DNA of 64,000 nucleotides from Owenia fusiformis (Eukaryota): NCBI GenBank assembly GCA_903813345.2, contig CAIIXF020000001.1, positions 30,132,001 to 30,196,000 of the forward strand, read 5' to 3'. Shown piece by piece: positions 15,001 to 27,100 of this stretch (position 1 is its first letter; each line of letters starts with the position of its first letter). The notes under the pieces were generated by a model. It saw only the letters and a program-made list of their open reading frames with translations, ran no database searches and was not told where the DNA came from. The position numbers and the translations under genes were made by a program.

Positions 15001-18000
15001 GAGGTGAGACATAGTAAGGGAAAATGGCTAGAGAAAGATCCACAAACTCAGCAGTGGAAAGAGATGTCTGCAGCTGATGTGGAGAATATTGAACAGGTAC
15101 AAACATGTACAATAGAAATTAATATGATGCATGGTTTGACTAGAATCATCATGATTTATGTAAAGTTTGACCAGAATAGTTTGGTTTATCAAAGTGAGCT
15201 TTAATTTAGCATCATGAACATTTTGGTGTCTCAATGATCAGTCCCAAAATCACCAGAATTAAAGTGTTTGGTTCGGAAGCCAATGTTGCACTTATTTAAG
15301 CTACTTAATGAGAAACCAAATTGTCTAGGAAGTAAAAAGTGAAAAGTAAAAGTTATGTTTCAACTGTAGTATAGACCAGTATATTCTTCTATAGAATGGC
15401 TTGGAGATATTAGATAGCAAGGATGTGAGGCAGAGAGGTGACAAATGGGAAGAGAGAGGTGACAATGGAGTCTGGTCCGAAGTCACACCTGGTTCTAAGA
15501 AACAGATTGAGGTAACTATTGATGTTTTTGTGTCTGTATGTTTTTATGAGAGTTGATATAATATGTGACAATAAAGACACACAGAGTACATGTATGATAT
15601 GATATGTATGTGCCGTTATGATACATTGACATGACTTGCGTTGTTATCTTAAAATGAATATGCTTCTTATAATTTCAAAACATATTTGCATGGGGAATAA
15701 TAAGAGCCCTTTGTTTACATACGGTATGTACATAGAATTTCAAAATGCAGACAACTTATGACAAAATTCTGAGTCATTTAAAACAATTCATTAGAGATGT
15801 ATATACATGTAGTATACTAAAAAGAGCATTTGCATAGTAATATGAATAATTATGTAAGCTGATGAATGAGTCAATGTTTTAACAGTGAAACCGTTCTAAA
15901 ATGAACACTGCCTATATGAGGCTCTCATAATAGGGAAATTAATGGGGACCAAGAGATATTCATCTTTTGGGGTATTTACATGCAGTACATGTTTTACTGT
16001 GTTATTCACAATGTTCCTAGGCTGGCATACCAACTATGGAGACCAAGAAAATCAAGAAGATAGGTGGCGTATGGCATGAGAGAGATGAGGAGAAGAAGAT
16101 GTGGAAGAAAGTTTCTAAAATTCAAGCCAACAAATATGAGGTAGAGAAATCAATACAGTTAGTAGATAAGCAAAAACACACCGAGTTAAATAACTTTATT
16201 AGTTCTAATAGTACATTTTTTAAATGTTTAATAATTTTATTTGTGTGCTTGAAAATAGAATACATTCATTGTGATATAAGCTGTGTTCATCTCTTGTTAT
16301 CATCGTTGCAAACCATTTTAATGAAGTATTTTATTGTAAATTTAATGTTCAGCTGGAGAACCTGTCCAACCATGGCAAGAAGCTGAGATTACATGAGGGT
16401 GGCATTCAGGAGTGGAATGAGGACACCAAGCAGTGGCAAGACTCTGGCAAAGACAAGGAGAAAAAATCAGAGGTATTTGGAATTTCCTGTGTTGTCAATT
16501 TGATTTATTTCCAAATTTCAACCAACCTAATAAAAGCTTATAGCTATGATCAGTGCATTCAAAATGGTAAAAACAGAGAAGAAAGAAGAAGAAATATACA
16601 TGAAATTTCATTCATTGAACATTAAAACATATGGTTGCGGCTACCTATTTCAAGCATCACATTCACATACCTAAGAAGAAAAAATAAACATGTGCCAAGC
16701 TATCTGTTTTGTTCCTCCAGGATAACATCATGTCATATGAGCCTAAGAAAGTCAGGTTCATGGATGGTAGATGGCAAGAGAAGAAGGAGGGAGCAGAAGA
16801 ATGGGAAGATGTTTCTGATGCCGAGGCAGACAAGTATAATGTAAGACTTTATTCTAAGATTTTCATTGTATCATTTATTGACAAACATCATTACTTCAAT
16901 GAAACATCAACCAAATTTTTAAATAAGAAGGTATTACCAAGCACAAAACATTTTTCAGGGCCTTTGTTAATAGGATATACTTGTACAGATGTATGTTCCT
17001 TTGCCCATTAAACACTTTTTTAGTGAGGATGTGGAAATGTTTGATTTTGGCAGAGGAAATGTTGAAAGGGAACATCACACAAAACATAAAGACCAAATTA
17101 TTCCTCAAAACTTGTGTCCATTTTTATTGCTTTACATTTTAAGGTTGTCTGTTAAAACATTGAAGAATTATAATTACAGGCAGAAATAGTTGCATGTGAA
17201 GGTAAGAAGCTGCGTCTGCATGACAACAAGTGGCAGGAATACAATGAGGAAACTGACTCCTGGGAGGATGCCCCCTCTTTAAGGGTACAACAGTATGAAG
17301 AGGTGAGCATCCATATTTGGAAGAAACGAAAATGACTGGAAACAAACCATTCACCCCTCAGATATAAACTGTAGTGTTAATAAATAATTCACTCTTGTAA
17401 CAATGAATGATGAGATGAAAATAAAATTGCAATTCTACTTGTTCACAGGAGGGTGTTCCCATACAGGAGACCAATAAGGTACGCAAGGTGGATGGGGAAT
17501 GGGAAGAATGGGACCCCCATACTCAACAATGGAAACAAGCAAGCAAGGAGACCAATAAAACATATGATGTGAGTGATCTGATTTTGGTTGATTTACAAAA
17601 TGCTTGATTTTTTCACTGAATGTAAATCCTAAAAAGTCATATGGGCATATTATGGTAGGATTCCTATCTTCTGCTATGAGAATTTTTGTATATACAGATA
17701 AGTTATATTTACCTTGTCTGCCAAATATTTCTTTTTCTTTTCTCATATACTAGCAATACATGAACATACATATACTGATAGTCATATCTCTGAAAGAATG
17801 TGATGATGCCAGTCTCCATAGAATAAACAATAAATAAGCCCAATTATTCTTGGAATTCCTACAAAAAAGAAGAGAATAATAAACTAAGCCTTCCTTTATT
17901 TTCTAAACTGGATCTTGTCTTCATTAGGGGCAACTTTTATTTTCTCTTTTGTCTTCAGGAGAATGGCATGCCAGAGACCAAGAAAGTGAAAAGAATCAAC

Positions 18001-21000
18001 AAAGTGTGGCACGAGTGGGATGATTCCACCTCAACATGGGTGCCTGTCTCTGAAGAAAGGGCAAAGAAATATAATGTAAGTCATCTGTTGAACACTTTTT
18101 TGTCTCCGACTCAGATGTTTCAAAAAGATTTGCACTTGGATGATTTCAGAACTTTGATGGTGTCTGAGGAGGTTTTTCTGTTACATTATAGTAATTGATC
18201 TGGCAGTGGAAACAAATTACTAATTCATGCATGCTTTAATTCTCTGGAAAGGATATCATACATATTATATGGTTTAGAATGCACATGGGTTTACAGAAAT
18301 TACAAACATGTTTGATATAATTGCAGGATGTTCTTCATGTGTTACGCAAACATCGAGTTAAACGTATTGACGGCAAATGGCACGAGTACAACATAAAAGA
18401 GCGCAAATGGTTCCCAGTTGATGAGGCCAAGGCTAAAAAGTATGATGTAAGTAAAATCAGGCTTCTTATAACACATGTATGAAAGTATGAAATCATTGAA
18501 ATGTAGTTGTATTACATTAAATGAAATGCAAAATCATTCTAGTAACATTCAGTCACAATGACAGTGATATTCATGATTGTGTAAAGTTGTCAGTTCAGAT
18601 GTATTTTTGTCAACTGTGACAATATGACACTATTGAAATATGAAAATATTTAATGTTGAAAACATTTTAAACTTCAAAACAGTGCATTTTTGAAAACAAG
18701 AGAGAAGAACGTTTTTATTTGACAAACTATACATTTATTTCTGAAATATTCAAATGATTGCGTTGGGTTTAATGGGATGCGTTCTTTGTAATATAGACAG
18801 AGGGGGTGCCTGGAATGGCATCCAAGAAGATTCGCAAGATTGATGGCAAATGGCACGAGTATGATGAATTGGAAAAAGGTTGGATGCAGGTTTCCAAACA
18901 ACAAGCTCAGAAATATGAGGTAAAAAGAATTTATGAAGGAAGGAATCTCATAAAAATATGTTCATATTTAATATGTATATTGAAGTTTATTTTTTATAAT
19001 TATTTCCATTCTCTACCTTGCCTATTTTCTTTGTATTTCTGATCTTAGTTTAAAAATTATAGAATATACTTGATGTTCCTATGCTGCATAAAATAAAACC
19101 CTGCGTGAACTGTTTTTCAGGCTGAAAGACTCCATAACAAGAAGCCAATGAGGAAGGTGTCATTCAAGGATAGTCATAAAGAGAAAGATTCAAAATCAGG
19201 GGTATGGCAAGAGCCCCATACAGTCCAAAATACTGAAATTGAAACAGCCTCAAAGATTTTATCTATAATTGAATTCACTCATGTTATATTCAAAGTGTTG
19301 CAAATACAAACACCTTGAAGATAGGTTTTGTTATAAAAAGTTCATGGTTTGTGCAAAGTTGTCGTTTCAGATGTATTTATGTCAATTGTGTCTTACGTGT
19401 TAATTATCTTACTGATAATACACTGATATTGTTCTATTTTAGGTATGGTTACATAATCATGTCTATCACATTCACTTGTTGATTAGCCCATCTTCCTTTG
19501 TAGGAGAATCAGGACGTACAGGATCCTGCCAAAAAGGTGGTGCTGCTTAGAACAATATTATATGAATTTGCTAAGCAATTTGTTTATCAATTTGCTCAGC
19601 ATTTAGCTTTCAGATGCCAAACACATTCATACTGCTGCTTACAGGCATTTTTATTATACACTGTAGTATTGTAGGGGTTGCTTTCACTTCAAAACATTAT
19701 ACATGTCAATTCTGGCTTCATTACTCATAGTATACAATTTCAATGTTGACTTACATGTACATTGTTGACTTAATTGTCAACTGAAGAAATAAGTTTTTGT
19801 TTTAAATCTAATATATGATTACTGACATATTAGTTACATTCTCTAAGTGCAGGGGTACAGATCTAGAACTCATTCATTAGTTTCTTTTTGGAGAAGTAGA
19901 AAGGAACAATGTGGATTATGTCTGGACCACTGCATTTGGAGGATGCATAACATGTAGTGTTTTAAATGCACACTTTTACTCTTAGTTGTTAGTTCATTCA
20001 CATAGTAACATAGCACTTGCAGATTTTCTGTAGTATTTTAATGTCTGAGTATTTCTTTGTATCGTCTTAGTTTTATCTTATAGCTTTCTTACATAAACGT
20101 GTGTTTTTGTTAAGCCTTATGTGTTCCATTTGGAAGCCACTAGTGTTCTGTCTAATGCTTTATATTTCCACTCGATAGCATCACTGTATTAGAGGAATAA
20201 TCACATATGTAAGTTAACACTTTGGCCTCATTAACTGGCAGTTTACTTAAGGTAGACGGAGTACAATAACAATCTTCTTACATCTGTACATGGAGGCTTG
20301 TATCTCAATTATTCAACAGATTGAAATTAAAATACTGATCATGGAAAACTGCTAGTCAGTGAGGTCAATGTGGTTAGCATGTATTTGTTCATCATATATT
20401 GCATACATGTAAATTAGTATTTGCATGAAAGAACACAAATTAATAGCATCATAGGTTTTGCCTGCCATGTATGATATGCAAAACATTGAATCAATGAAAA
20501 TTGTTGCAGTGCAATTGTGTTTCTTAAAGAGAACAATCAATGAGAAAACACAATTATGCAGCACAACCATCTTGTATTGTGATATGTTGTGTTCAGCTTT
20601 CTATGTTTGTGTGTTGCCATTACCAGGAGGCTGAGAGCCAGAAGGGTGATACTAAAAATGTGGATGAGCAGACCTCTGAGCCTGATAGCGTTGTTACTCA
20701 ACCAGAACCTAACATAGAAACTACTATTGCACCTCTGACTAACACAGTAGCTGATACCCCTATTAACAGTCTTGACTCGCACATTACTCCTGTAATTCTC
20801 TGATTAAATAAGTTGGTAGTATGATAGTAGATTTAAGATTTGCAGTGTAGAACTAGATTAGTTAGTTTGAAATCTTAACTTCTTTAAAAGTTTTTTCAAC
20901 TTTTATTTGCTGACTATGTAGTTTGATGTATGATCTATGTAGAAAATGCTAGCCTATATTGTTTGTGAATGATATATTGTGCTCTAATGGTCCAAGGGCT

Positions 21001-23845
21001 TATGCACATACAGTATTAAGAAGTTGCTATTCATGTTGCTTTTCATGTATTGTAACAGTCAATGTCTATTGAAAACAGACCTCTTATAAAATATGGTGCC
21101 TTTTCGGATAGACAATTAGAAATTGAATAGCTTCTCTTAAAATAGAATGTTATATTCACCATCTTCGTCCATGTCCCTGTGATAGAATAAGTAAACCCCA
21201 TTTTATAGGAGGAGCTGCTTGAGGCGCAAAGGTTACAGAAGTTGGCTGAGCAGGCTGCAAAGGAAGATGAAGCACGCAGAGCAAGAGAGGCTGAAGAAGC
21301 AAAGGATCATGAGAAAACTTTAAGGGTAAATACAGAAATATCCAAATGCAAACAGATTTCAATGAAACCTGATGAATGTAATTCTAATTCTGCACCATTA
21401 AGTTAGAGCCCTTACCCATAGCAAATATTTATCTTTTGTACAGTAACAGATGCATATGAGCCCCATTATGGGTCAATATGGGTAGGGAAGCAAAGATCGA
21501 GTAGAGGATGGTGGAAATGATAATTAATGTGAGGTGGAAATAAACAACTAATAAACATTTACATTGTCATATTGATCCTGTTTAGAATGCTGAGCAGAAT
21601 GAAAAGGATGCGGAGGAAGAAATGAGAAAGGCAGAAGAGGAACTGAGGAAGGCCAAAGATGGTAAAGCAAAGAAAGCTGCGGAGGAAGCTGCCAAGAAAG
21701 CTAGGAATAGAGCTAAGGGTATAAACAACTTTGAAGAACCTTTATGTAATTTATTGACTATAAAATTTAAAAAAAATCAACTGAGAGTAATATTAACTGT
21801 AACTGTAATGGTAACTGATATAGAATATGGTTATAACAGGGACATGGAGGATTATGAAAATATGTTTTCGCTACATTATTCATTTTCAGTCAGTTCTTTA
21901 GCATGAATTTCAGTCAGTTCTCTTTAGTGCACTATCATTTTCCATTTGGAAAATTGGGAGAATTAGACTAAATTGGACAGTAGGCTCGATATACTCTTAC
22001 TCAATGTGGTGAACACTAATAATGCATGAACTATTATGTCCATTTACACTGGATGACTTGAATTGCAGAGTCAAAGAATAAGAAGACACGCTACAACTTA
22101 AAAATTGCTATTACAAAGAGAGAGAAGCCACGACTGGAAAAAGCTGTGGGAGACTTCAAACAAGCGAAGCTGCCTGATGACGAGGGAGACCTTGCTAAGG
22201 GAGAGAAGATGCTTAAACTCTTCAAGTCCAGAGACGGTAAGAAAAGGCCAAACAGAAATTATATTTAAGTACATTTGCTTATGCAGATTCTGAAGTAAAA
22301 TACATTTATGTTACTTGGGCTCGATTAAAATTAAAACTAAAAATTAAATTTCATTTTAGATCTTAATGGTGCTATGCGCCGGCGCAATCTCAAGGAGATA
22401 GAGGGCGCTGTTCACAGTTTGAAAAAGAGCGGCTTTGAAGTGAAACTTGCCAATGAGCTAGTAGATGCTAACAAACTGATGCTCCAATTGAGGCGTTTGG
22501 AGCGTATAAGAGCAGAAATCTTGGAGTTAAAACAGTCTACAGTGGCTGAGATCAGAAGCTACCACAAACCCCCACCTGTGGTGCATACAGTAATGACAGC
22601 CACATTCCTGCTATTGGGACACAAAGAGAAGGAAACCAAGGTAGACATGTTGTCTTTATTTTTTATCTCACATGATTTATCTCATTAAAAATACTCGAAT
22701 ATAATGGTTAGGAAAATTATCTTTGTACCCCTTTAATTAAACTTGAAAATAACAATATCCCATCATGTTTCAGGTCTGGAAGACAGTACAAGCATTGGTG
22801 GGTAAAACAGGAAAGGATGGTTTGAAACGCCGCTGTTTGGAGTTGAAACCAGACACTGTAGACTCCTCCGCTACTGCAAGAGCGGCTGATCTCCTAGAAC
22901 AGCATGGCCTGGATGAAGTAAGAGATGTCTCTGCAGGGGCTGCTACATTCTTCCTTTGGGTAAGTTGTGACAGAATTGATCCTTATAGCTCATGTTATAA
23001 CCAAGTGACCAGTGTTATCACATCCTCATCATTGCTCAATTCAACAGGTTAATTCCCATATAATGCCCCATGAGTCTATGTTTGGAAGTGAAACAGGAAC
23101 TGGAGTTAATACAGAGATATTGGGAAGGAATGAAGTTAATTTATAGAAATGTACATCGTAGATAATGGTTATAATCTAAGAAGCATGTTTATACCCCATT
23201 AACTTAAATGGCAAAATCCCATGTTCATTTGACAGATTCAATGGCCTTAAAGACTATCAATAAATAGCCAAAAATTGGCTTTCATTGTATACTTAAACAT
23301 GTAAAAGATCTTAAAAATTTCCTAAATTAAATTTAAATAAAATATCCAAAACCTCATGATATCAAGACTTAAAAGTTTGAGTAAATAGTTATGATGAGAA
23401 AATGTGAAATCAATTTAATTTATTTAGTGTATTTAAAGTTTTAAGACAGCAATTTTACACATGAATCAGTGGGAGATTCATGAACAACCTACTAGAGATA
23501 ATTTGTGAAATGCCATCTATATGAGTCCTGGCTCCCAGTGCAATTGTGTGTTCATTCCAGGCTGGAAGTATTATAGAGGAGGCGAAGGCCATCAAGGAGC
23601 AGAAGAAATTTGAAGCTGAGGAGAAGAAGAAGGCTGCTGAGGCAAAGAAACTGGAACAAGAGGAGAATAAGAAACGTGCTGAAGAGGCAAAGAAAGAGAA
23701 GGAACAACGAAAGAAAGATGAAGAACAAAGGAAAAGAGAAGAGGAACAGAAAAAGGAAGATGTTGATCAAGAAGCAAATATTGAAGAGAAGACAGTTAGT
23801 GAAAAGAGTGAAGATGCAAAACCTGCTGACTCAACAGACAGTTAA
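82..23845 (+). CDS. Giant multi-exon two-Trp-repeat protein with C-terminal coiled coils and dynein MTBD-like domain (5' end upstream of window)
   Basis: AG/GT-bounded, frame-compatible exons read by eye: 82-204, 294-8609, 9030-9155, 9335-9577, 9775-9897, 10116-10343, 10548-10658, 10866-10991, 11403-11525, 11685-11804, 12044-12151, 12746-12865, 13151-13273, 13554-13898, 14173-14295, 14527-14646, 14977-15096, 15395-15511, 16021-16140, 16353-16472, 16721-16840, 17180-17302, 17449-17568, 17959-18075, 18327-18446, 18797-18919, 19121-19201(?), 19504-19536(?), 20627-20791(?), 21209-21325, 21586-21718, 22069-22236, 22360-22640, 22774-22959, 23561-23845 (TAA). Repeat exons share K-x-[KR]-x2-[DN]-G-x-W-x9-W. 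Total is about 4,400 codons. Confidence 0.88.
468..8500 (+). repeat. Coding tandem repeat, 126 bp / 42 aa (NEDPGQLRKxDGQWQKQDSKTGEWSNVNPALAHQLDVAALSV), about 64 copies plus one degenerate upstream copy
   Basis: The AAT of 'NEDP' lies at 468, 594 ... 8406. 8406-468 = 63x126 exactly, so there is no net indel. No stops in the 2796-aa ORF. Confidence 0.97.
13348..13466 (-). mobile_element. Short (about 110-bp) dispersed element with a 3' stem-loop, Helentron/HINE(pearl)-like; other copies at about 26285-26395(+), 27521-27635(+), 31545-31640(+), 33715-33810(+), 46985-47095(-), 50810-50897(+)
   Basis: Shared core aaaatgtcaccacctgccatttgttacag..aaaagttggagactataacaata, ending in the hairpin tgtcaccacNNNNgtggtgacataa. 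The family assignment is an inference from the terminal hairpin. Confidence 0.65.
13640..13740 (+). repeat. 18-bp coding microrepeat (PSSKDR) x about 5 inside exon 13554-13898
   Basis: ccatctagcaaggatcgt units; ORF reads PSGKDRPSSKDRPSSKDRPSSKDRPSSKDRP. Confidence 0.9.
22500..22959 (+). other. Dynein heavy-chain microtubule-binding-domain (stalk head)-like segment
   Basis: LKQSTVAEIRSYHKPPPVVHTVMTATFLLLG...W...L...LKRRCLELKPDTV...EVRDVSAGAATFFLW follows the dynein MTBD pattern (I-x-E-I-[KR]-S-x3-PP-x2-V-x2-V...LL...W...S-x-AA-x2-L-x2-W). It is flanked by EK/A-rich helical segments. Confidence 0.72.
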
Positions 23846-24726
23846 ATGTTGATTATAGAAAAACAAAAAATAAACATTCTCAGTGGCAAATGGAACATCA
23901 TTAAAGGTTTGATGAATACTGCAGAAAAGTGTAATTATACATGTACATAAAATATTTGTGCTGGGCATTTAGAAGAGCAATTATGTGTTAATAATGTGAA
24001 TATTTTTTATATAAGGTATCTTGCATGTAAATGTAATTCAACGTCTCATGGGTGTTTATAAAAATCATTTCTCATTTGATGTGAGAAATTGATTGTATTT
24101 AATATACGCAATTAATTTAATGAATGTCACCCCAAAAACTACATAATAGCATTTGTAGTATTGTTGGATATATGTACTGTATTAACCCTTTTGTATATTT
24201 TGGATGCCAACAAGACATTCCAATAGTATACATCATTTTGTACATTTGCAAAGTCATGATGGTACCCTAGATGTATTTTAAACTATTATAGCAATCAAGT
24301 TCATGTTTTTATTAGCAAATTATATATTATAAATTCCGTCCAGGCTCTAGTTGACCATAGTTTGATTCATAATGAAATTTTATATTTGTATTTATAGAGC
24401 ATATAGACTGAGTCTTATCAGTGAGTATTTTGTCGCAAAAAATAATGTTTTACTTGTGGCTGGTCCACATCAGATGTATGTACAGTGTATCAGTGGTGTA
24501 GTTATGTACTAGTTCAATGAGATAAGACCTTAGAGACTGAAGAAAAATGCAGTCTGCTGTCAAATGATAAGCTTATGTTATTTCAAAAGATGACTTTTCT
24601 GGGACAATGATAAACAAAATAATTCAATATCAAGTCTGTGTCAATTCAGTAGAAAATTGATCAAAAAGTACAACATTATGAATATTTTGTGTTTTTGTTT
24701 GTGATCTATTTTTGTACTTGTTGCAA

Positions 24727-24775
24727 AATAAACATTAATAAAAATATCATAAAATAAATACATTTCAAATAAATT
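24727..24775 (+). terminator. Cluster of AATAAA polyadenylation signals for the giant repeat gene
   Basis: Several AATAAA hexamers followed by a T-rich tract, about 0.9 kb after the stop at 23845. Confidence 0.55.
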
Positions 24776-25572
24776 GTGGCTTTTTTATTTTTTTATTTAG
24801 CACAATTGCATTGCTCTTGGCTCATAAAGTCAACATCCTAAAATCCTATAACTACTGTACATGATGTGAGAACTTGCCATATTTTCTTGAGTAGACCAAC
24901 CCTGAAGTAAACTACAACTTATCAGTGATTGTTTTAGTTAATTTCTTTTATTAAAAAGGTGAAATTGGTAAGTCCATATGTTTCAACAATCATAAATAGA
25001 ATCAATATTTCACTTTATTTTCAAAAACTGGGCTGATGAATACAGATTAAAGATTTGCACTACATGCGCTACAAGAGAGACTATTTGTTCATGTCATAAA
25101 AATTCTTGACCACTTAAAATAAGTGTCGAATGGTTAGTTCTGAAGAATCTGAAGATTTGCCCATCCTAAACCAACAATCAATCTCATAGCTTTTATAGTT
25201 CAATATGAACAGCTGTTTGATGTTGAAAAACAATTAAAGTTCCTTGTATCATCATTCAAGTAGACATGATAAAGTGAGACTAGAATAAAGAAAAAAGAAA
25301 AACCCAGTACATATTATTTTTATATTTTGATTTGGCAGCCAGAGAGCTCTTTTTGGTAATAAAGTCTTAATTAGGGACCAGATCAAAATATCAATGTTCA
25401 TGGAATTTCTTATACACAGGAAAACACACATTCCCTCTTTAAAGCTTCTAGACATTGAAATGTCCCTATTGCCCCCTAATCACTATGTTGCCTGTTTAAA
25501 CCTTATCAGGTCAATACAAATATAAATCTGCAGAGAAAATGGTAGGATTTAATTATGTAATCTGTACATAAC

Positions 25573-27100
25573 ATGTTGCCAGGTTGTATGATGTTGCTCT
25601 ATCCAGTTGCTCTCCTACTGCTTGTTCAGGGTGCAGTGGCCCAGACCAGGTGAGTGGGTACAAATTTTGAAAATTGATAAGCATCTTAAATAATATCAAA
25701 TAATATATAGGACTTTGAACCAAAAAGTTGATCGAGTATTCAAACCTTGTTTTTTGGTGGAATACTATATGTAATAAGTTCGCAGAGATAATCCACATCA
25801 TACATGATCGAGTTCAATATTGACAAGTTTATTTTGTTTTGTCTAAATATCATCTCAATGATAGGTGTCAGTGTGCTGCAATGGTAGAAGATGACTACCT
25901 CAACCTCTCCCCAGTGCTAGAGTTAATGGGTGATGCTGACAATGGCCCTTCCTGTGATAACCAAGCTCTCAATGACTGTGAGGACGCATGTATACTTGAG
26001 GGGGCATTTGGAACCCATCCTGCCCTAAACATCAGTGGACTCATAAACTATGTAACACAATATAATATCCCTGCATCTCGGGGGGGGGGGGGTTCACTGT
26101 ATGCAGACTAGGCTGAACCCTTAGATATCAATATGCTCCCAAACGCCATACCAAATAGTGGTCCAATGCCATACCAAATGTCCGAATCCAATGAAAAACG
26201 AAAAATTCTACATTGGCATACTTCAAAATATGCTAAAATTTTGGTCCATTGCCATACAAAATGTTAAACAAGGGATTGACTTGCAAAATGTCACCATCTG
26301 CCATTTGTTACAGATGCCAACCATCAACTGCTGAACCCCATTCACAAAAAAGTTGGTGACTTTAACAATATGTCACCACTTGTGGTAGGCACATAAAAAG
26401 ATACCACACATGAGCTGAGGATCCCCTGTCAATGTTTATATGTGATGTAGTGAACCCCTAGAGATATTTTAGATTTGTTAAACAAGTTGTAACTGCTATT
26501 CATACACTGAAGTATATGTTTAATACCTATATTTTACCACAGAAAAATGCAACTTGGACCAGAGGTGCTGCCTACTGTGATATGATCAATGACGATGGAA
26601 ATATCGTCATAACGGACCCTCCAGGCCAATTTGTTGAGGTATTTAGTAGAATTGAGGGATGTGTTGGAGCTGATTTCTGGTGGGTGACACTCCCAGAGGT
26701 ACATATGAATTTCTCTATGATAGATGATAAAACTTGTGAACATTGTTTGACTCAAGTTCATTCCTCATTATAAGAGTCGGTGAAAGAATAATGAAGCAAT
26801 ATTTGTGGTGTCCAATATTAGGTTTGTATATATTGTGGAATAACTAACCATTAAACATCACTTTCTATTGAGGAAAATACATTTAATGTACAATGTCGAT
26901 GCAAAAAGTTTTGTCAAACCAGCTGTTTATGGGTGTGTGTGGAGTTCTTTAGATATCATTTCAACAAAATTGAGCATTTCAGGAGGAAAATCCATTTTAC
27001 ATGTACAATGAAATATATTTTATAAAAAACATTTCTTCAGGTCCAAGGTGATGACGAACTGTGCTGCAATGGTGCCACATGGAACGAAAACTGTGTCTAG
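25573..27100 (+). CDS. Small secreted cysteine-rich acidic protein (about 159 aa, 4 exons)
   Basis: Exons 25573-25649 (MLPGCMMLLYPVALLLLVQGAVAQT, signal-peptide-like; alternative ATG at 25588), 25865-26051, 26043-independent exon 26543-26698, and 27041-27100 (TAG). Intron phases 2,0,0 are compatible. The mature region has 10 Cys (CxC..C..CxxxC..C..C..CC..C). TATAAA at about 25521 and AATAAA at 27270. Confidence 0.8.

Noticed and set aside
82..19201. Calling the module a canonical WW domain
   Set aside because: Trp spacing is about 9 residues rather than about 20-22, and the WW signature (central aromatic pair, terminal W-x-x-P) is absent.
25539..25582. ATG-only first exon for the secreted protein
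   Set aside because: The implied intron is only 41 bp and the phase does not fit. ATGs at 25573/25588 give a signal peptide directly.
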